Shown: positions 1-11,178 of the stretch, piece by piece | Numbering within the stretch: position 1 is the first letter of the stretch | Layout: every line of letters starts with the position of its first letter | Source: an uncultured Acidobacteriota bacterium | GTDB lineage: Bacteria > Acidobacteriota > JAQAZP01 | Direction of reading: 5' to 3' | NCBI GenBank assembly: GCA_963836075.1 | Contig: CAWIIB010000001.1 | Coordinates: 1,472,001-1,536,000 of the forward strand | Length of the DNA: 64,000 nt | The notes under the pieces: generated by a model | Database searches by the model: none | Told to the model about the DNA's origin: nothing | The model's input: only the letters and a program-made list of their open reading frames with translations | Made by a program: the position numbers and the translations under genes

Positions 1-150
1 ACGATTTGAAGCAATCGGCGTTTCTCGGCCATTTTCTGCCTAACTTACAGATTTGCAACCCTTTGCGCGAGTTCGAAGATTCGGACGCCTTTATCGTGGT
101 ATGACCGGTCCGCGATCTCCAGCTGTCCCTCGCTAAATTTCATATCATCC
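1..150 (-). pseudogene. C-terminal remnant of a large serine recombinase/resolvase-family protein
   Basis: Minus strand reads ...IADRSYHDKGVRIFELAQRVANL*VRQKMAEKRRLLQIV to the window edge. This resembles the 'ELA..A..LY......EKRRLL..V' tail of large serine recombinases. In-frame TAA at 45-47; no N-terminal part upstream. Confidence 0.5.
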
Positions 151-469
151 GATGACAAGCGTACGGCTTCACTTCGACCACAATTTCCAGAGCAACGCCC
201 AAAATCAACGATCGACCCAAGTACGTTGTGGTCTTGATCCATTTTTCTTGAGATCGGCCAGCTGTTGCGGCAGGGCGAGGTTCTCGATGGTCAGATCTGC
301 CCTCGATCGAAAAAACGATCCAACTGAGCAAAAAAGCACGGTCCAAGTGCGGTAAAATATTCTTATCAATCCACGATGCAACCCTGCAAGCGCGATTCAA
401 TCAAACTGTAGATGTTAAAGCTTTTTTGGTTTTTTTACGGGCAACATGCCCCGCGAAAGGAGCCCGATC

Positions 470-2917
470 ATGAAGAGGCAACAACTGCAGTGGTCCTGGC
501 GTGAGGGAATTACCGTACCCCTCATGACGTTGATGATGCTGGCCGCCGTGCCTGCGACAGCTGATATCCCTTACGAGCCAACACCCTACTGGGAGTCAGG
601 CGACACCGAGGTTTCCACCGGAGTGGCCCTGGCCGATGTGGACCAGGATGGCTGGCCTGATCTCGTCGTGGCCAACGGCAACGACATCCATCGGCAGCAC
701 CTGGTGATCTATTACAATCAGGGCTACGGCGTATTCCCCGATACGCCGGACTGGCAGTCATCGGACATTGATTACCACGCCCACCTCGCCGTGGGAGATG
801 TCAACGGAGACGGGTACCCTGATGTGGCTGTCTCTGTTTACCTGGGACCGGATGGATTCGGGGATCCCGGCCGCGTAAAACTCTACCTCAACGACGGGAG
901 CGGGACGCTTGGTGACAGTCCGGCCTGGTCAACGCCTTACGCCCACTATACCATCCGCTGTGCCTTTGGTGATCCGGACCTCGACGGGGACCTGGATCTG
1001 GCCGTGGCCTGCGGCGAATTTTACAATAATATTCAACAAGCCAACTTGATTTTCCGTAACGACGGCGGGACGTTGGAAGAGACCCCATTCTGGTCCTCGG
1101 ACGAGATCGATAAGAGCCACGACGTTTCCTGGGATGATGTGGACCTCGACGGCGATCTGGACCTGGCCGTCTGCAATACCGGAGAGCCGAACCGCGTTTA
1201 TTACAACCGCGGCGGTAATCTTTCCACCACCGCCGATTGGAGTTCCACCGATTCCTCGATGTTCGCCAACACTCTGGCCTGGGGTGACATAAACGGTGAC
1301 GGTTACCCGGACCTGGCCGTGGCTGACAATAACCAGTTAGGAGGATCAGGCAGGTTCAAGATCTACCTAAATAACGGCAGCGGAATCCTGGGTTCCTCTC
1401 CAGCCTGGTCTTCCGATGAGTTCGGTTTCGGCTCTTCCGTGGTATTCAGCGACATGGACGACGACGGCGACCTGGATCTGGCCACAGGCCAGTGGTGGGG
1501 GCCAGTGAGAATCTACCTCAACACGGAGGGGAGCTTCCCCACCTTGGCTTCCTGGGCCTCCAATACCAACAGCGTGATCGAGCGGATCTGTTTCGGCGAC
1601 GTGGACAAGGACAACACGAAAACCGTTACCGAGACCTTCGATGGCTCTGCGGGTCGCACGCTTTTTGTCCTGTCCCGACGTCCGGTGGAAAAGCTGTCGG
1701 AAGTGAGGGTGGGCAGTCAGGTGCTCTCCCCGGGGGAATATTGTGCTCATCTGGAAAACGGCTGGATCAGTTTGGTAGGCGATCCTGCCGGAGAAACCGT
1801 GACCGTGAGCCACACCTACTCCCTTGACCAGGACATGGCGGTGAGCAATTGGGACAGCAATCGCGGCAATTACATCTTTCGCAACATTGACGACCCGGAC
1901 GTGGAACCTCTGATCCTGGTGGGTCCCGGTCCGGGGTTCGACAATCCCCCGTTTGTCCGTGTCTTCCCGCCCGAAATGAACGCCGAGCCCATCTTCGAGT
2001 TCAGCGCTTACGGCGCACCGCACTACGGGGCGAACGTCACCTGCGGGGATGTCAACGGCAACGTATTGGACGAGATTCTCACTGGTCCCGGACCGGGTGA
2101 TATCTATGGCCCGCACGTGCGGGGCTTCCAGGTGGACGGCACCCCCCTGCCCGGGCTCAGTTTCCTCGCTTACGGCACAAACAAGTGGGGAGTCAATGTG
2201 GCGGCGGGGAACATCGACGATGATGAATTTGACGAGATCATCACCGGTGCTGGTCCTGGAGCCGTATTCGGCCCGCACGTCAGGGGCTTCAATTATGACG
2301 GGACGTCGGGAATCACTCCAGTTCCCGGAGTCAGCTACTTTGCCTATGGCACCCCCAAATGGGGGGTGAATGTGGCAGCGGGTGACATCGACGGTGACGG
2401 CTATGACGAAATCGTCACCGGCGCTGGTCCTGGTGCGGTATATGGACCTCACGTCCGGGGCTGGAACGTGGACGGGGGCCCGGCGACAGCCATATCAGAA
2501 GTGAGTTTCCTCGCCTACGGAACGAACAAGTTCGGCGTAAACGTGACCTGCGGCGACCTGGATGGTGACGGGATGGCCGAGTTGGTCACCGGGGCCGGGC
2601 CGGGTGCGGTATTCGGGGCTCACGTTCGTGGCTGGAATTTCGACGGAACTGCCCTGACCGAGTTGCCCGGGATCAACTTCTTTGCCTGGCTGCCCGAGGA
2701 AGTACGGCATGGGGCAAAAGTCTTCGCCGGTACCGATCTGGACGGTGACGGAGAGGATGAACTGGTGGTGGGCTGCGGGCCGGACCCTAACGCTGGCACA
2801 CCGGTAAAGGTATATGACTATGACGGTATGCAAGTGACTGAATGGTTTTCATTGGAAGCATTTCCGGGATTGGCCCGTGGAACGAGTGTGGCAGCGGGGA
2901 AATTCTATATCGATTGA
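470..2917 (+). CDS. Secreted FG-GAP/VCBS repeat beta-propeller protein with C-terminal CTD-B propeller
   Basis: Signal peptide (LMMLAAVPATA), seven D.D.DG..DL repeats, then GPGPG/GAGPG..GPHVRG repeats from ~1910. AGGAG upstream of ATG 470. Confidence 0.9.
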   Translation: MKRQQLQWSWREGITVPLMTLMMLAAVPATADIPYEPTPYWESGDTEVSTGVALADVDQDGWPDLVVANGNDIHRQHLVIYYNQGYGVFPDTPDWQSSDIDYHAHLAVGDVNGDGYPDVAVSVYLGPDGFGDPGRVKLYLNDGSGTLGDSPAWSTPYAHYTIRCAFGDPDLDGDLDLAVACGEFYNNIQQANLIFRNDGGTLEETPFWSSDEIDKSHDVSWDDVDLDGDLDLAVCNTGEPNRVYYNRGGNLSTTADWSSTDSSMFANTLAWGDINGDGYPDLAVADNNQLGGSGRFKIYLNNGSGILGSSPAWSSDEFGFGSSVVFSDMDDDGDLDLATGQWWGPVRIYLNTEGSFPTLASWASNTNSVIERICFGDVDKDNTKTVTETFDGSAGRTLFVLSRRPVEKLSEVRVGSQVLSPGEYCAHLENGWISLVGDPAGETVTVSHTYSLDQDMAVSNWDSNRGNYIFRNIDDPDVEPLILVGPGPGFDNPPFVRVFPPEMNAEPIFEFSAYGAPHYGANVTCGDVNGNVLDEILTGPGPGDIYGPHVRGFQVDGTPLPGLSFLAYGTNKWGVNVAAGNIDDDEFDEIITGAGPGAVFGPHVRGFNYDGTSGITPVPGVSYFAYGTPKWGVNVAAGDIDGDGYDEIVTGAGPGAVYGPHVRGWNVDGGPATAISEVSFLAYGTNKFGVNVTCGDLDGDGMAELVTGAGPGAVFGAHVRGWNFDGTALTELPGINFFAWLPEEVRHGAKVFAGTDLDGDGEDELVVGCGPDPNAGTPVKVYDYDGMQVTEWFSLEAFPGLARGTSVAAGKFYID

Positions 2918-2974
2918 TTACACTGCATGATGATGCACACCGGCCAGTCGAAGGGTCTCTGAGAGTTTGTCGCT

Positions 2975-3707
2975 CGCCAATCAAGCCAACGAAATCCGAA
3001 CCTTTACACAGGGTAAAGACCGACCGACATGGATTTTTGCGTCCCTGGAGGTCGTGGTCCAGGCTGTGGACATCGACCGTCGTGGGACGACGCAGCTACA
3101 CCAATACGAAGCGGCTCCTGAATGATGTGGCTAGCCGATGCACGTTCGCCGAACCTCCTTTGATCACCACCGATGGCTTCAAGTACTGCGCTCGGGTGAT
3201 TCGTCAGATCTTCGGCGATGGCTGTGTGTATGGCGTGGTCATGAAGACGAGGCGCAAGGACCGTGTTGTCAAGGTTGATCGGTATCGGGTCATCGGCTCC
3301 CGCTGGCAGCTTGAGGAAGCCCTTCTCCGATCTGAGGATTCCTCGAAGCTCAACACCTCATTCATTGAAAGATTGAACTTGACGATCAGGCAAGGGTCGG
3401 CTTATCTTTATCGAAAGAGCGCCTGCCACGCACGAGTGGCAGAAAATCTTGATCACCATCTGGATCTCCTTCAGTGTTATTACAACTTCATACGACCGCA
3501 CCGGTCCCTGAGATTCGGTCGGGAGGTGAGGACGCCAGCGATGCAAGCTGGGTTAGCGAGCCGGCGCCTGTCGTTCCGTGAGATATTCACGGCTGTGGAG
3601 GTCGTGAAGTTGTTCGTTGTCGTGGGAATGGTGGTTGTATTTAGCCGAGGTAGGGCAGAGGATCGGCTTCGTCAGGTGGCGTAGCAACAGTTCGTGAATG
3701 AAGCACC
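2975..3707 (+). mobile_element. 5'-truncated, frameshifted IS1-family transposase remnant
   Basis: QANEIRTF..WIF..EV / (frameshift ~3052) WSRLW..VVG.RS, ITTDG, NTSFIERLNLTIRQ, YYNFIRPHRSL, TPAMQAGL. Ends ...gaagcacc at 3707 (GGT-type terminus on the minus strand). Confidence 0.8.
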
Positions 3708-3754
3708 GTAGCGGTCAGGTTGCCAACGGGGCGGATAAGATGGGGGGAATGACA

Positions 3755-4774
3755 ATGCGGTACATGCAAGTTGTGACGATCCTGCTGCTCGCCTTTCTCG
3801 GCTCGGAACTGGCGAACGCCGAGATCTTTATCGACGATTTCGATCGTCCCGATGAACCCCTCGGACCACCGTGGGAGCTTCTGGACCAATCTCCGCTCTA
3901 TATCGAAAACCAGTCAGTGGTCGCCCGGGAAAATGAATACGGTCTGATGCTCTACGGCGAGCAATGTCCCAGTTGTTACTGTGGCGAGGCAATCTTGCTG
4001 GCGACATTCAATTTCTCGACGAACACGGACTACGATGGGCGCTTCCAGTTCTTCATCGGCGGGGGCGAGACCGAGAGTGACTACTGGGGATTCAATGCCA
4101 AGATCGGACTCGATGAGGTCTCCCTGTACAGCATCGACGACGTGAACGGCGAGATCGAGCTGGCCACCGTGCCCTCGCCCCTCATGCACGACTTCAACCA
4201 CGCCATGGTGTTTCGGTACGATCCCGATACTCAGGAGGTCTCGCTCGTCGTGTACGGTCCCGTTTCGCCCTTGGTCAACCTGACCGTGCCCGCTTCCAGT
4301 GATCCCTTCTGCTTCCTCGCGATCGGGATCGAAAACCTGGATGCCACAGGCGACGAGGGCCGAATTCAGGTCGTGCAGTTCCAGTATTGCTGCGAGAATG
4401 CCGTCCCGACGGTGGCGGTCGAGCTGACCTGCCGGCCGGCGTCGGGCACGGTGCCCTTCTCCACCACGCTGACTGTGGGCCTGACCAACCGGTACGCCGG
4501 GCAAAGCCGCCGCATGGCCGCGCACATCGACGTCGTGCTCGCCAGCGGTACGGCCTACTCCAACTGGCGTGCGGGGTATACCAATATCGACGGCGGCGGC
4601 AGCTATACCACGTCCTGGAACCAGGCCATTCCGGCTCTCGGACCGGTGATCGGCAGCAACGTGTTCACCCTGGTCGCCGAGGACGTGACGCCGGCGCCGT
4701 ACAACCAACCGCCCTATCCGGCGTCCGGCGACACCGCCGTCCACGACTGCACCGTGGTGGCGAACGCGCCCTGA
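3755..4774 (+). CDS. Secreted beta-sandwich (lectin/ConA-like?) protein with C-terminal CTD-A
   Basis: Signal peptide MRYMQVVTILLLAFLGSELANA; DDFDR start of the mature domain; CTD-A from ~4412. Upstream ATG 3698 lies inside the IS end. Confidence 0.85.
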   Translation: MRYMQVVTILLLAFLGSELANAEIFIDDFDRPDEPLGPPWELLDQSPLYIENQSVVARENEYGLMLYGEQCPSCYCGEAILLATFNFSTNTDYDGRFQFFIGGGETESDYWGFNAKIGLDEVSLYSIDDVNGEIELATVPSPLMHDFNHAMVFRYDPDTQEVSLVVYGPVSPLVNLTVPASSDPFCFLAIGIENLDATGDEGRIQVVQFQYCCENAVPTVAVELTCRPASGTVPFSTTLTVGLTNRYAGQSRRMAAHIDVVLASGTAYSNWRAGYTNIDGGGSYTTSWNQAIPALGPVIGSNVFTLVAEDVTPAPYNQPPYPASGDTAVHDCTVVANAP

Positions 4775-5126
4775 GGCCGGTCTCCGGGACGGGCGCCGAT
4801 CCCGCAAGGGTGTGCCCGTCCAGCGAGTTCCGGGGTATGATTTCGAGAGTCCAGCGAGGGTATACCGTTGTAGCGCCCAGATACTATGTCCGCGTGTACC
4901 TGATCCACCGAGTTTTGATCGGCTCTGAATCCCGATTTCCCTCAGATCTGAAGGCCAGCCCTCCAGACTGAACGGTGAAAAGGCAGGGGAATGATCCTGG
5001 CGACAAAGGAACGACGAGCGACAACTGATTAGGGCCGTTGGTGCACGTTCTCCCGAAAATCCTTGTTCTCTTCGGCCACGGCGATGGTGTGCCCGCCGCG
5101 GCAGGACACCTCGTGCACATGGTTGT

Positions 5127-6926
5127 TCATAATTGGCCCACCCTCTTCAGCAGTTCCAGCGACTCTAAAGTGCCTGTAACGTCTCGCCCTCCAGTCACGT
5201 GGGCCCAGACCTGCCCCCTGATCGTCACGCTGACTTCGGCCCAGCTGCCGGGCACCATCCCCGGTCCCACCACCGTGTAGTTGCCGCCCTGCTGCGAGCA
5301 GAGGAGCATAACCGTGTACACCTGGCCCTCCGGCGGCGGGGGCAGGTGCGCAACCTCAAAATTGGTCACACTGTCGTTTCCCGGGCAGATCAGTTTGGGG
5401 AACCACAGACGGTCCACCATCTGCCCGTCGCTGTCGGTTACTGTGGCCGTGGCCTCCCAGTACGGGTCGTTTCCAGGCTTCAGCGGCGGCCGCACCATGG
5501 GTGGGTCCTGTGAGGAGAAGCGGGCCTCCTGGCTCAGGAGGAGTTTCAGGCTCAGAATCGTTGGTTGCGTGTATTCGAACTCCATTATGCCGTGGACCAC
5601 AGCCGAGGCACTGGCCGTGGCCTTGCTCCTGGACAGCACTTCGGGGCCACTCCCCTCCATCCGGCCCACGGCATTGGCGCGCAACTCCTGCTCGGTGACG
5701 AAGGTGAAGCCATGCTCCGCTGAGGTGAACGTGGTCCGCACGTCGCTGGTGCCGGTCACCTGGTCCTGCCCCTGGCTCATGAATGAGGGGTAGGTCTTGT
5801 CCAGGGACGTACTACAGACCACCGGCTCATTAAAACACAGCGGAATGAACTCGACCCGTTCGCGGTCCACCCAGCCGCTGTTCATGGTAAGCCCCGCGGT
5901 CGGGCTGGCCATCGCCCCTTCGATGGCCTGCTGCATGGCGGCGACCTGCTCCGGGGTCATGGTCTGGCCGGCTATGGCCATGGCCTGCTCAAACCCCTCC
6001 ATTGACGGAATCTGTGCGGCGGCGCTATCCTCCTCGGCACTGCCAGGGCCGGGCACGGTCAGGTGGGGTGATTCCACGGTCTCCAGGCCCTCCGGCCCAG
6101 AGCGGATTACGCGCTTGGTCAGCCGATCGCCGCTGGCTCCGCCGTGGCCCACCGAGGATGTAGCATTGCCGGTGACAATGGCCGTTGCCGGACAGTCCCA
6201 GCCCCACCACCGGCGGTCCGACCGGGTGATGTTGAGGAACCATACTGGCCTGGTCACCGTCTTGCCACTCCGCTTGTCGACAACCTCCAGTTCCATTTCC
6301 CGCGCGTTCGGCGTGGCGGAGGTGACCGGGTTCCCCCTCTCATCGCTGAAGGAGCCGCCAAAGGCGAAGTAGTCGCTGTCGTTCCAAGTGGGGCTAGGGC
6401 CGTACCCGATGGCGCTGGGGATGGCGAGTTCCAGGGCCATCTGGAAGTCGGTGTCCCTGGCATAGCTGTTGTACTCGCCGTTGAAATTGGACGCAGGGCC
6501 GGGGTGAGTGCGAAACAGCATCACCGTGCGGTACTGGCCATCCTTGATCGGCGGCGGCAGGATCACCCCCGATTCGCCGCCGGCGGTGCCGCCAGCCGTG
6601 GCGTTCCGGATTACGGTGCGGTACTGGTACCCTTGGTCGGTCTGGCGCCGCTCCTGGTAAGCGATGAAGCCGACCTCACGCTCCTCCGGCGTACCCTCGT
6701 GAGACATGCTCCAGGCCAGCTGCATGGCCTCGAGCATGGTGTAATCGTATTTGATGAACGTATCGAACTCGATAGATGGGCAGACATCTTCCCAGGGACC
6801 CTCCAGTTCCAGTTGCTTCAGATCCGTGGTGTGCGCCCACGCCGCCGCTGCCGAGAGCAGGAGCAGGGCGGCGGCCAGGGCTCCCCGCAGGGCCGTGTGG
6901 CCCATGTGGCTGGTAATGCGTTGCAT
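5127..6926 (-). CDS. Secreted hypothetical protein with a degenerate JAB/MPN-like N-terminal motif
   Basis: 599-aa ORF, GGAGGAG RBS, signal peptide ending AAAWA; motif EREVG...FRTHPG...RDTD. Confidence 0.75.
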   Translation of the reverse strand: MQRITSHMGHTALRGALAAALLLLSAAAAWAHTTDLKQLELEGPWEDVCPSIEFDTFIKYDYTMLEAMQLAWSMSHEGTPEEREVGFIAYQERRQTDQGYQYRTVIRNATAGGTAGGESGVILPPPIKDGQYRTVMLFRTHPGPASNFNGEYNSYARDTDFQMALELAIPSAIGYGPSPTWNDSDYFAFGGSFSDERGNPVTSATPNAREMELEVVDKRSGKTVTRPVWFLNITRSDRRWWGWDCPATAIVTGNATSSVGHGGASGDRLTKRVIRSGPEGLETVESPHLTVPGPGSAEEDSAAAQIPSMEGFEQAMAIAGQTMTPEQVAAMQQAIEGAMASPTAGLTMNSGWVDRERVEFIPLCFNEPVVCSTSLDKTYPSFMSQGQDQVTGTSDVRTTFTSAEHGFTFVTEQELRANAVGRMEGSGPEVLSRSKATASASAVVHGIMEFEYTQPTILSLKLLLSQEARFSSQDPPMVRPPLKPGNDPYWEATATVTDSDGQMVDRLWFPKLICPGNDSVTNFEVAHLPPPPEGQVYTVMLLCSQQGGNYTVVGPGMVPGSWAEVSVTIRGQVWAHVTGGRDVTGTLESLELLKRVGQL

Positions 6927-7454
6927 GTGTCACTCCTCCATCAGGTCCGGTCCCGTGCCCTCCCCGGCGTTTCCGCAGGCGCGCTACGATCAGGATCAGC
7001 AGAACTCACAGCCGTTTGCGGATCAGGCGTTTTTCCCTGTTCGTTTTGCAGGATAAATGAAGTAAGCGTAGCGGCGGTTGATCCGGGCCGTCAAAGATTT
7101 GTCTGGTTTCCGGGTCGACCGCAGGAGGACGGTGATGATGCCGGATGCCGTGATTGCTGGCCGCGTGGCCGGCGCCGGACCAGGGTCAGCGGACGTCGGC
7201 CGTGCAAAGACCAATCCGTGGGGGACAGACCGGGACGTCGCGTTAGCGGTTTTTCAGGCCCGTTAGGCAGCAGCAGAAATATTTCACTGGTTCGGGTCTG
7301 AACGTCACACCAACTGATGGAAACTCACGAACTCGATCGACTGTATCGATCTCGAGGATCTGTCAGTTTCCATGCCGCTTTCTTCCACTCATAGCGATGA
7401 TGGAATCCGCCGACTGGCCGACCTGGGCTACCTTTGATGTTCACCTGGGCCGGA

Positions 7455-7949
7455 CTAGGGGTACGTGCGGACCTGGCTGAACGATTGTCCAGACAGAGAC
7501 ACCTTTCCTGTTTTGAGATCAACGGAGAAGAATCGCGCTGTCCCGATAACGCCGCCGGTCTCCCCTGGGGGAGGCGAATAACTGGTGGATCTGTCGGTGG
7601 CCACGGGCAGCTCGATGGTCACGGTGTAGAGCGGGATGAGGCCGTCGAGGTAGGCATCGTAGGCCTGCTCGTCCTTCCCCGATTTCTGCCACTCCTCCCA
7701 GGTGGTCACCGGGCCCTTCATCCGCATCAGTTTGAAGATCTGCGGTGCGGGATTCTGGTTCGACGTGAACATCCCTTGCTCCACCACCACACGCAGGTTC
7801 GGGTCCCGGGTGTCGATCATCAACACGGAGTTGTCGGTGATCGGCATACCGTCTTCGGTGAGGGTCACCTCGTCCGAAGCGAACATGACCCCGTACAGTG
7901 GAACCAGGGTGGCAACCGTCAGCAGGATGGCAAACATCAGGATCTTCAT
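7455..7949 (-). CDS. Small secreted hypothetical protein
   Basis: 164 aa, AGGAG RBS, hydrophobic N-terminal signal MKILMFAILLTVATLV. Confidence 0.7.
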   Translation of the reverse strand: MKILMFAILLTVATLVPLYGVMFASDEVTLTEDGMPITDNSVLMIDTRDPNLRVVVEQGMFTSNQNPAPQIFKLMRMKGPVTTWEEWQKSGKDEQAYDAYLDGLIPLYTVTIELPVATDRSTSYSPPPGETGGVIGTARFFSVDLKTGKVSLSGQSFSQVRTYP

Positions 7950-8315
7950 CTTCAGGCTCCTTTGGCTTCGGGCACCGAAAATCGAAGGATATTGATTGAT
8001 TATACCAAACCGGAGCGAACGCCTCCTGCGGAATCACCACCTGTACCTCGCCAAAACTCATTTCACCCATCGAGCCGTTGTCATCCTGGCTTCGCTGAAT
8101 CTTGATCTCCAGGTTATGTACGACTTGGAGAAATCGGTTGGTGAATACGGTCCATTTTGGGATCCTTTTGTAAAAGGCTCCCCCACACCACCTTGCCGCG
8201 CTCTTTTCCTCCTGATCTGCCGGCTTCAATATCAATGCAATCCAATGTAAACTCTGCGGGGCTGATTCCCAGTGGCTGACTGAACCGGCATGATAAAAAT
8301 CCATGTGAGACGAGC

Positions 8316-10721
8316 ATGAACCCCAAACGAAGCACGTATACCGGGCTGTTCCTGATTACCCTGGCCACACTGATGCTCGAGATATTGATGACTCGCATCT
8401 TCAGCGTGACCATGTGGTACCACTTCGCCTTCCTCGCCATATCCACTGCTCTGTTCGGTGCTACGCTGGGAGCAATCATCGTCTACCTTCGCCCTGGCTG
8501 GTTCAGCGGCGAGGTCGTTCACCAACGGATGGCCGCCGGCTCACTCCTCTTTGCTGTCACGGTGGTATTCAGTTTCCTCGTCCATCTCGCCGTACCTTTC
8601 AATACCGATTTCTCCCTGCGCGGCGTCCTCTCCATGGCCTTGACCTACGTGGTGATCTCCCTGCCCTACGTGTTCAGCGGTGTGGTGGTCACCCTCGCAC
8701 TGACCCGTTTCCCCGGCCACGTGGGCAGACTTTACGCTGCCGACCTTATCGGCGCCGCGCTGGGCTGCGTGGTGCTCCTTTGGACCATGAGCTATTCTGA
8801 CGGCCCGTCAGCGGTGATTTTCGTCGCCGCACTGGCCGCAGCCGGCGGGACATCATTTGCCTGCGCCGTTCGCTCACCCTGGCTCCGGCGCTGGGCCGTG
8901 ACCATCTGCGTCGCGCTGCTGGTCTTCACCGTGCTGAATACCGTCGCGGCCAGGAAGCAGACCCCCCTCCTCCATCTCACCTACACCAAGACAGGAAATG
9001 ATCGCCAGCCGCTCACGGTGCGTTGGAATTCCTTTTCTCGCGTGGCGGTACACGGTAACCCGCAGATCCTGAAGAGGCCCGTGGGCTGGGGGTTGAGCGA
9101 CACGTTCAACCCCACCCGCGGCATTCGCCGACTGACCATGCTTATCGATGCCCACGCGGCAACAAACATGATCCACTACACCGGCAATCCGAACGAGGCG
9201 GAGTATCTGAAATACGACATCATAAATCTGGCCCATTACCTTCGACAGGACGCCTCTGTGCTGGTTGTCGGTGCCGGCGGCGGCCGGGACGTACTCTCCG
9301 CTCTGGTATTCGGGCAGCACCGGGTGGAAGCGGTAGAAATCAATGACGATATCATCGACCTGGTCACCGGAGAATACGCCCCCTTCGTGGGAAACCTGCA
9401 CCAGGACCCGCGGGTGGCCTTCACCAACGATGAAGCGCGCAGTTACGTGGCCCGGCAACAGTCGGCCTACGACGTTATCCAGGTCTCATTCATCGACACC
9501 TGGGCCGCCACGTCCTCCGGCGCCTACGTACTCACCGAGCAGTCGCTCTACACGGTGGAGGCCTGGGCCGAGTTCTTCGAGAGCCTCAAACCCCGGGGCA
9601 TCCTCACTGTGTCACGGCTGTACTTCCGTGACGAGCCGGCCACCATGTACAGACTGGTCGGACTGGCTGCCGCAGCTCTTCGTGATCGGGGCGTGACGGA
9701 TCCCCGTCAGCAGATATTGCTCGTGCGCCACCTGCGCAAGAACCCGACAGGCGACAGCCCTGAGGGTGTGGGCACCATCCTGGTCAGTCGCGACCCGTTC
9801 AGCGAAGCTGACCTGGACACGCTGGAGTCAGTGGCAGACCGGCTCGACTTCTCGGTGATCCTCAGTCCCCGCTTCGCCCTTGACGGGATGTACTCCGCCG
9901 TGGCCGCCGGGGAGGATCTGGAGTCCATCTCCCGGGAGTACACGTTCAACATTCTTCCTCCCACCGATGATTCACCCTTCTTCTTCCACCTCCTCCGACT
10001 CCGCGACGCCTTCGGCACCGATATGGACAGTCAGGGGATGGTCAGGTACAACCTGCGAGCGGTTTTCGTCCTCGCGGTGCTGCTGATCGTGGTGGGCGTG
10101 CTCACGCTGCTCTGCATCCTCGTCCCGCTCCTGCTCACCCGCAAGAAGGGCACCCTGGACGGCGCGCTGCCGTTCTTCCTGTTCTTTGCCGCCATCGGCT
10201 TTGGCTTCATCATCGTGGAGATCTCCCAACTCCAGCGGCTGATGATTTTCCTGGGCCACCCCTCGTACAGTCTCTCGGTAGTTCTCTTCTCCCTGCTTGT
10301 CTCCGGCGGTATCGGCAGCTGGACCACGCGGGGAGTGACGACGCAGCGGCTCAGAGCGGCCATCTCGCTGAGACTGGGCACACTTCTCGGTATCCTGATC
10401 CTCTTTGGCGTATTCACACCCTCACTGCTGCATGCCGGGAGTGGGCTGGCCACACCTGTACGGATCCTCGTGGCCATAACCCTCATCGCGCCGTTGGGGC
10501 TGTTCATGGGCATGGCCTTCCCCCTGGGAATGAAGGCGGCCAGCGGCCGGGCCGCTGCACTCACCCCCTGGCTGTGGGGGATTAACGGCGCGACCTCGGT
10601 CTGCGGCTCGGTGCTCGCCGTCGTGGTGGCCCTCAGCTTCGGGATTACCGCCTCCTTCTGGAGCGGCTTTGCCTGCTACGTGCTGGCCCTGGCCGCACTG
10701 CGAGCGGCAACCCGGGTATAG
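8316..10721 (+). CDS. Membrane-embedded spermidine-synthase-like SAM-dependent transferase
   Basis: N- and C-terminal TM bundles (LEILMTRIFS, YAADLIGAALG, WGINGATSV) flanking VLVVGAGGGRD, AVEIN, DEARSY, SLYTVEA. Confidence 0.9.
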   Translation: MNPKRSTYTGLFLITLATLMLEILMTRIFSVTMWYHFAFLAISTALFGATLGAIIVYLRPGWFSGEVVHQRMAAGSLLFAVTVVFSFLVHLAVPFNTDFSLRGVLSMALTYVVISLPYVFSGVVVTLALTRFPGHVGRLYAADLIGAALGCVVLLWTMSYSDGPSAVIFVAALAAAGGTSFACAVRSPWLRRWAVTICVALLVFTVLNTVAARKQTPLLHLTYTKTGNDRQPLTVRWNSFSRVAVHGNPQILKRPVGWGLSDTFNPTRGIRRLTMLIDAHAATNMIHYTGNPNEAEYLKYDIINLAHYLRQDASVLVVGAGGGRDVLSALVFGQHRVEAVEINDDIIDLVTGEYAPFVGNLHQDPRVAFTNDEARSYVARQQSAYDVIQVSFIDTWAATSSGAYVLTEQSLYTVEAWAEFFESLKPRGILTVSRLYFRDEPATMYRLVGLAAAALRDRGVTDPRQQILLVRHLRKNPTGDSPEGVGTILVSRDPFSEADLDTLESVADRLDFSVILSPRFALDGMYSAVAAGEDLESISREYTFNILPPTDDSPFFFHLLRLRDAFGTDMDSQGMVRYNLRAVFVLAVLLIVVGVLTLLCILVPLLLTRKKGTLDGALPFFLFFAAIGFGFIIVEISQLQRLMIFLGHPSYSLSVVLFSLLVSGGIGSWTTRGVTTQRLRAAISLRLGTLLGILILFGVFTPSLLHAGSGLATPVRILVAITLIAPLGLFMGMAFPLGMKAASGRAAALTPWLWGINGATSVCGSVLAVVVALSFGITASFWSGFACYVLALAALRAATRV

Positions 10722-11178
10722 CCAGCCCAGCCCGTGCCTCCCGAAAAGGCTATTATTGAAGGCACTCAATCCGGGTTTGACACCAACGATCCCGGATCAT
10801 CCGTACCGCCACTTCATCCCGAACATGTACGCTCTGAGCCATCAGCCCGGGGAGCCATTTAAATCCGCTGATAACCTGAACATCACACAGCTGAACAAGA
10901 ATCACCCGGATTCTTCCTAGCCGGTCTCGATTCCCCATCAGACCACACTCAAGTTCCGCGCAGCTTCGGTTTCGACACATTAAGCTCATCAGCAACACCT
11001 TCTGATTTTCATTGCAGAAAATAGCCGCGAAGTATATCTTATTAATAGGATATCGAGGAATCGTGACACCTCCCGATGTTCCATTCAGACAACCTGTTGA
11101 TTTTATTGATGTACGGATTTTCAGCGAGCCACAGACGCGTGACCTCAGCTGCACCTTGAGAAGGAAAATCCGAATTAC

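Noticed and set aside
2842-3050. 280-aa intact transposase
   Set aside because: The N-terminal part is out-of-frame sequence overlapping the previous gene; the real element is truncated and frameshifted.
4412-4771. CTD-A as PEP-CTERM/LPxTG/GlyGly-CTERM or canonical T9SS/dockerin signal
   Set aside because: No TM helix or basic tail, no YPNP...G.Y...K pattern, and no duplicated Ca-loop.
7519-8304. 261-aa ORF
   Set aside because: Mostly an alternate frame of 7455..7949 with no motifs.
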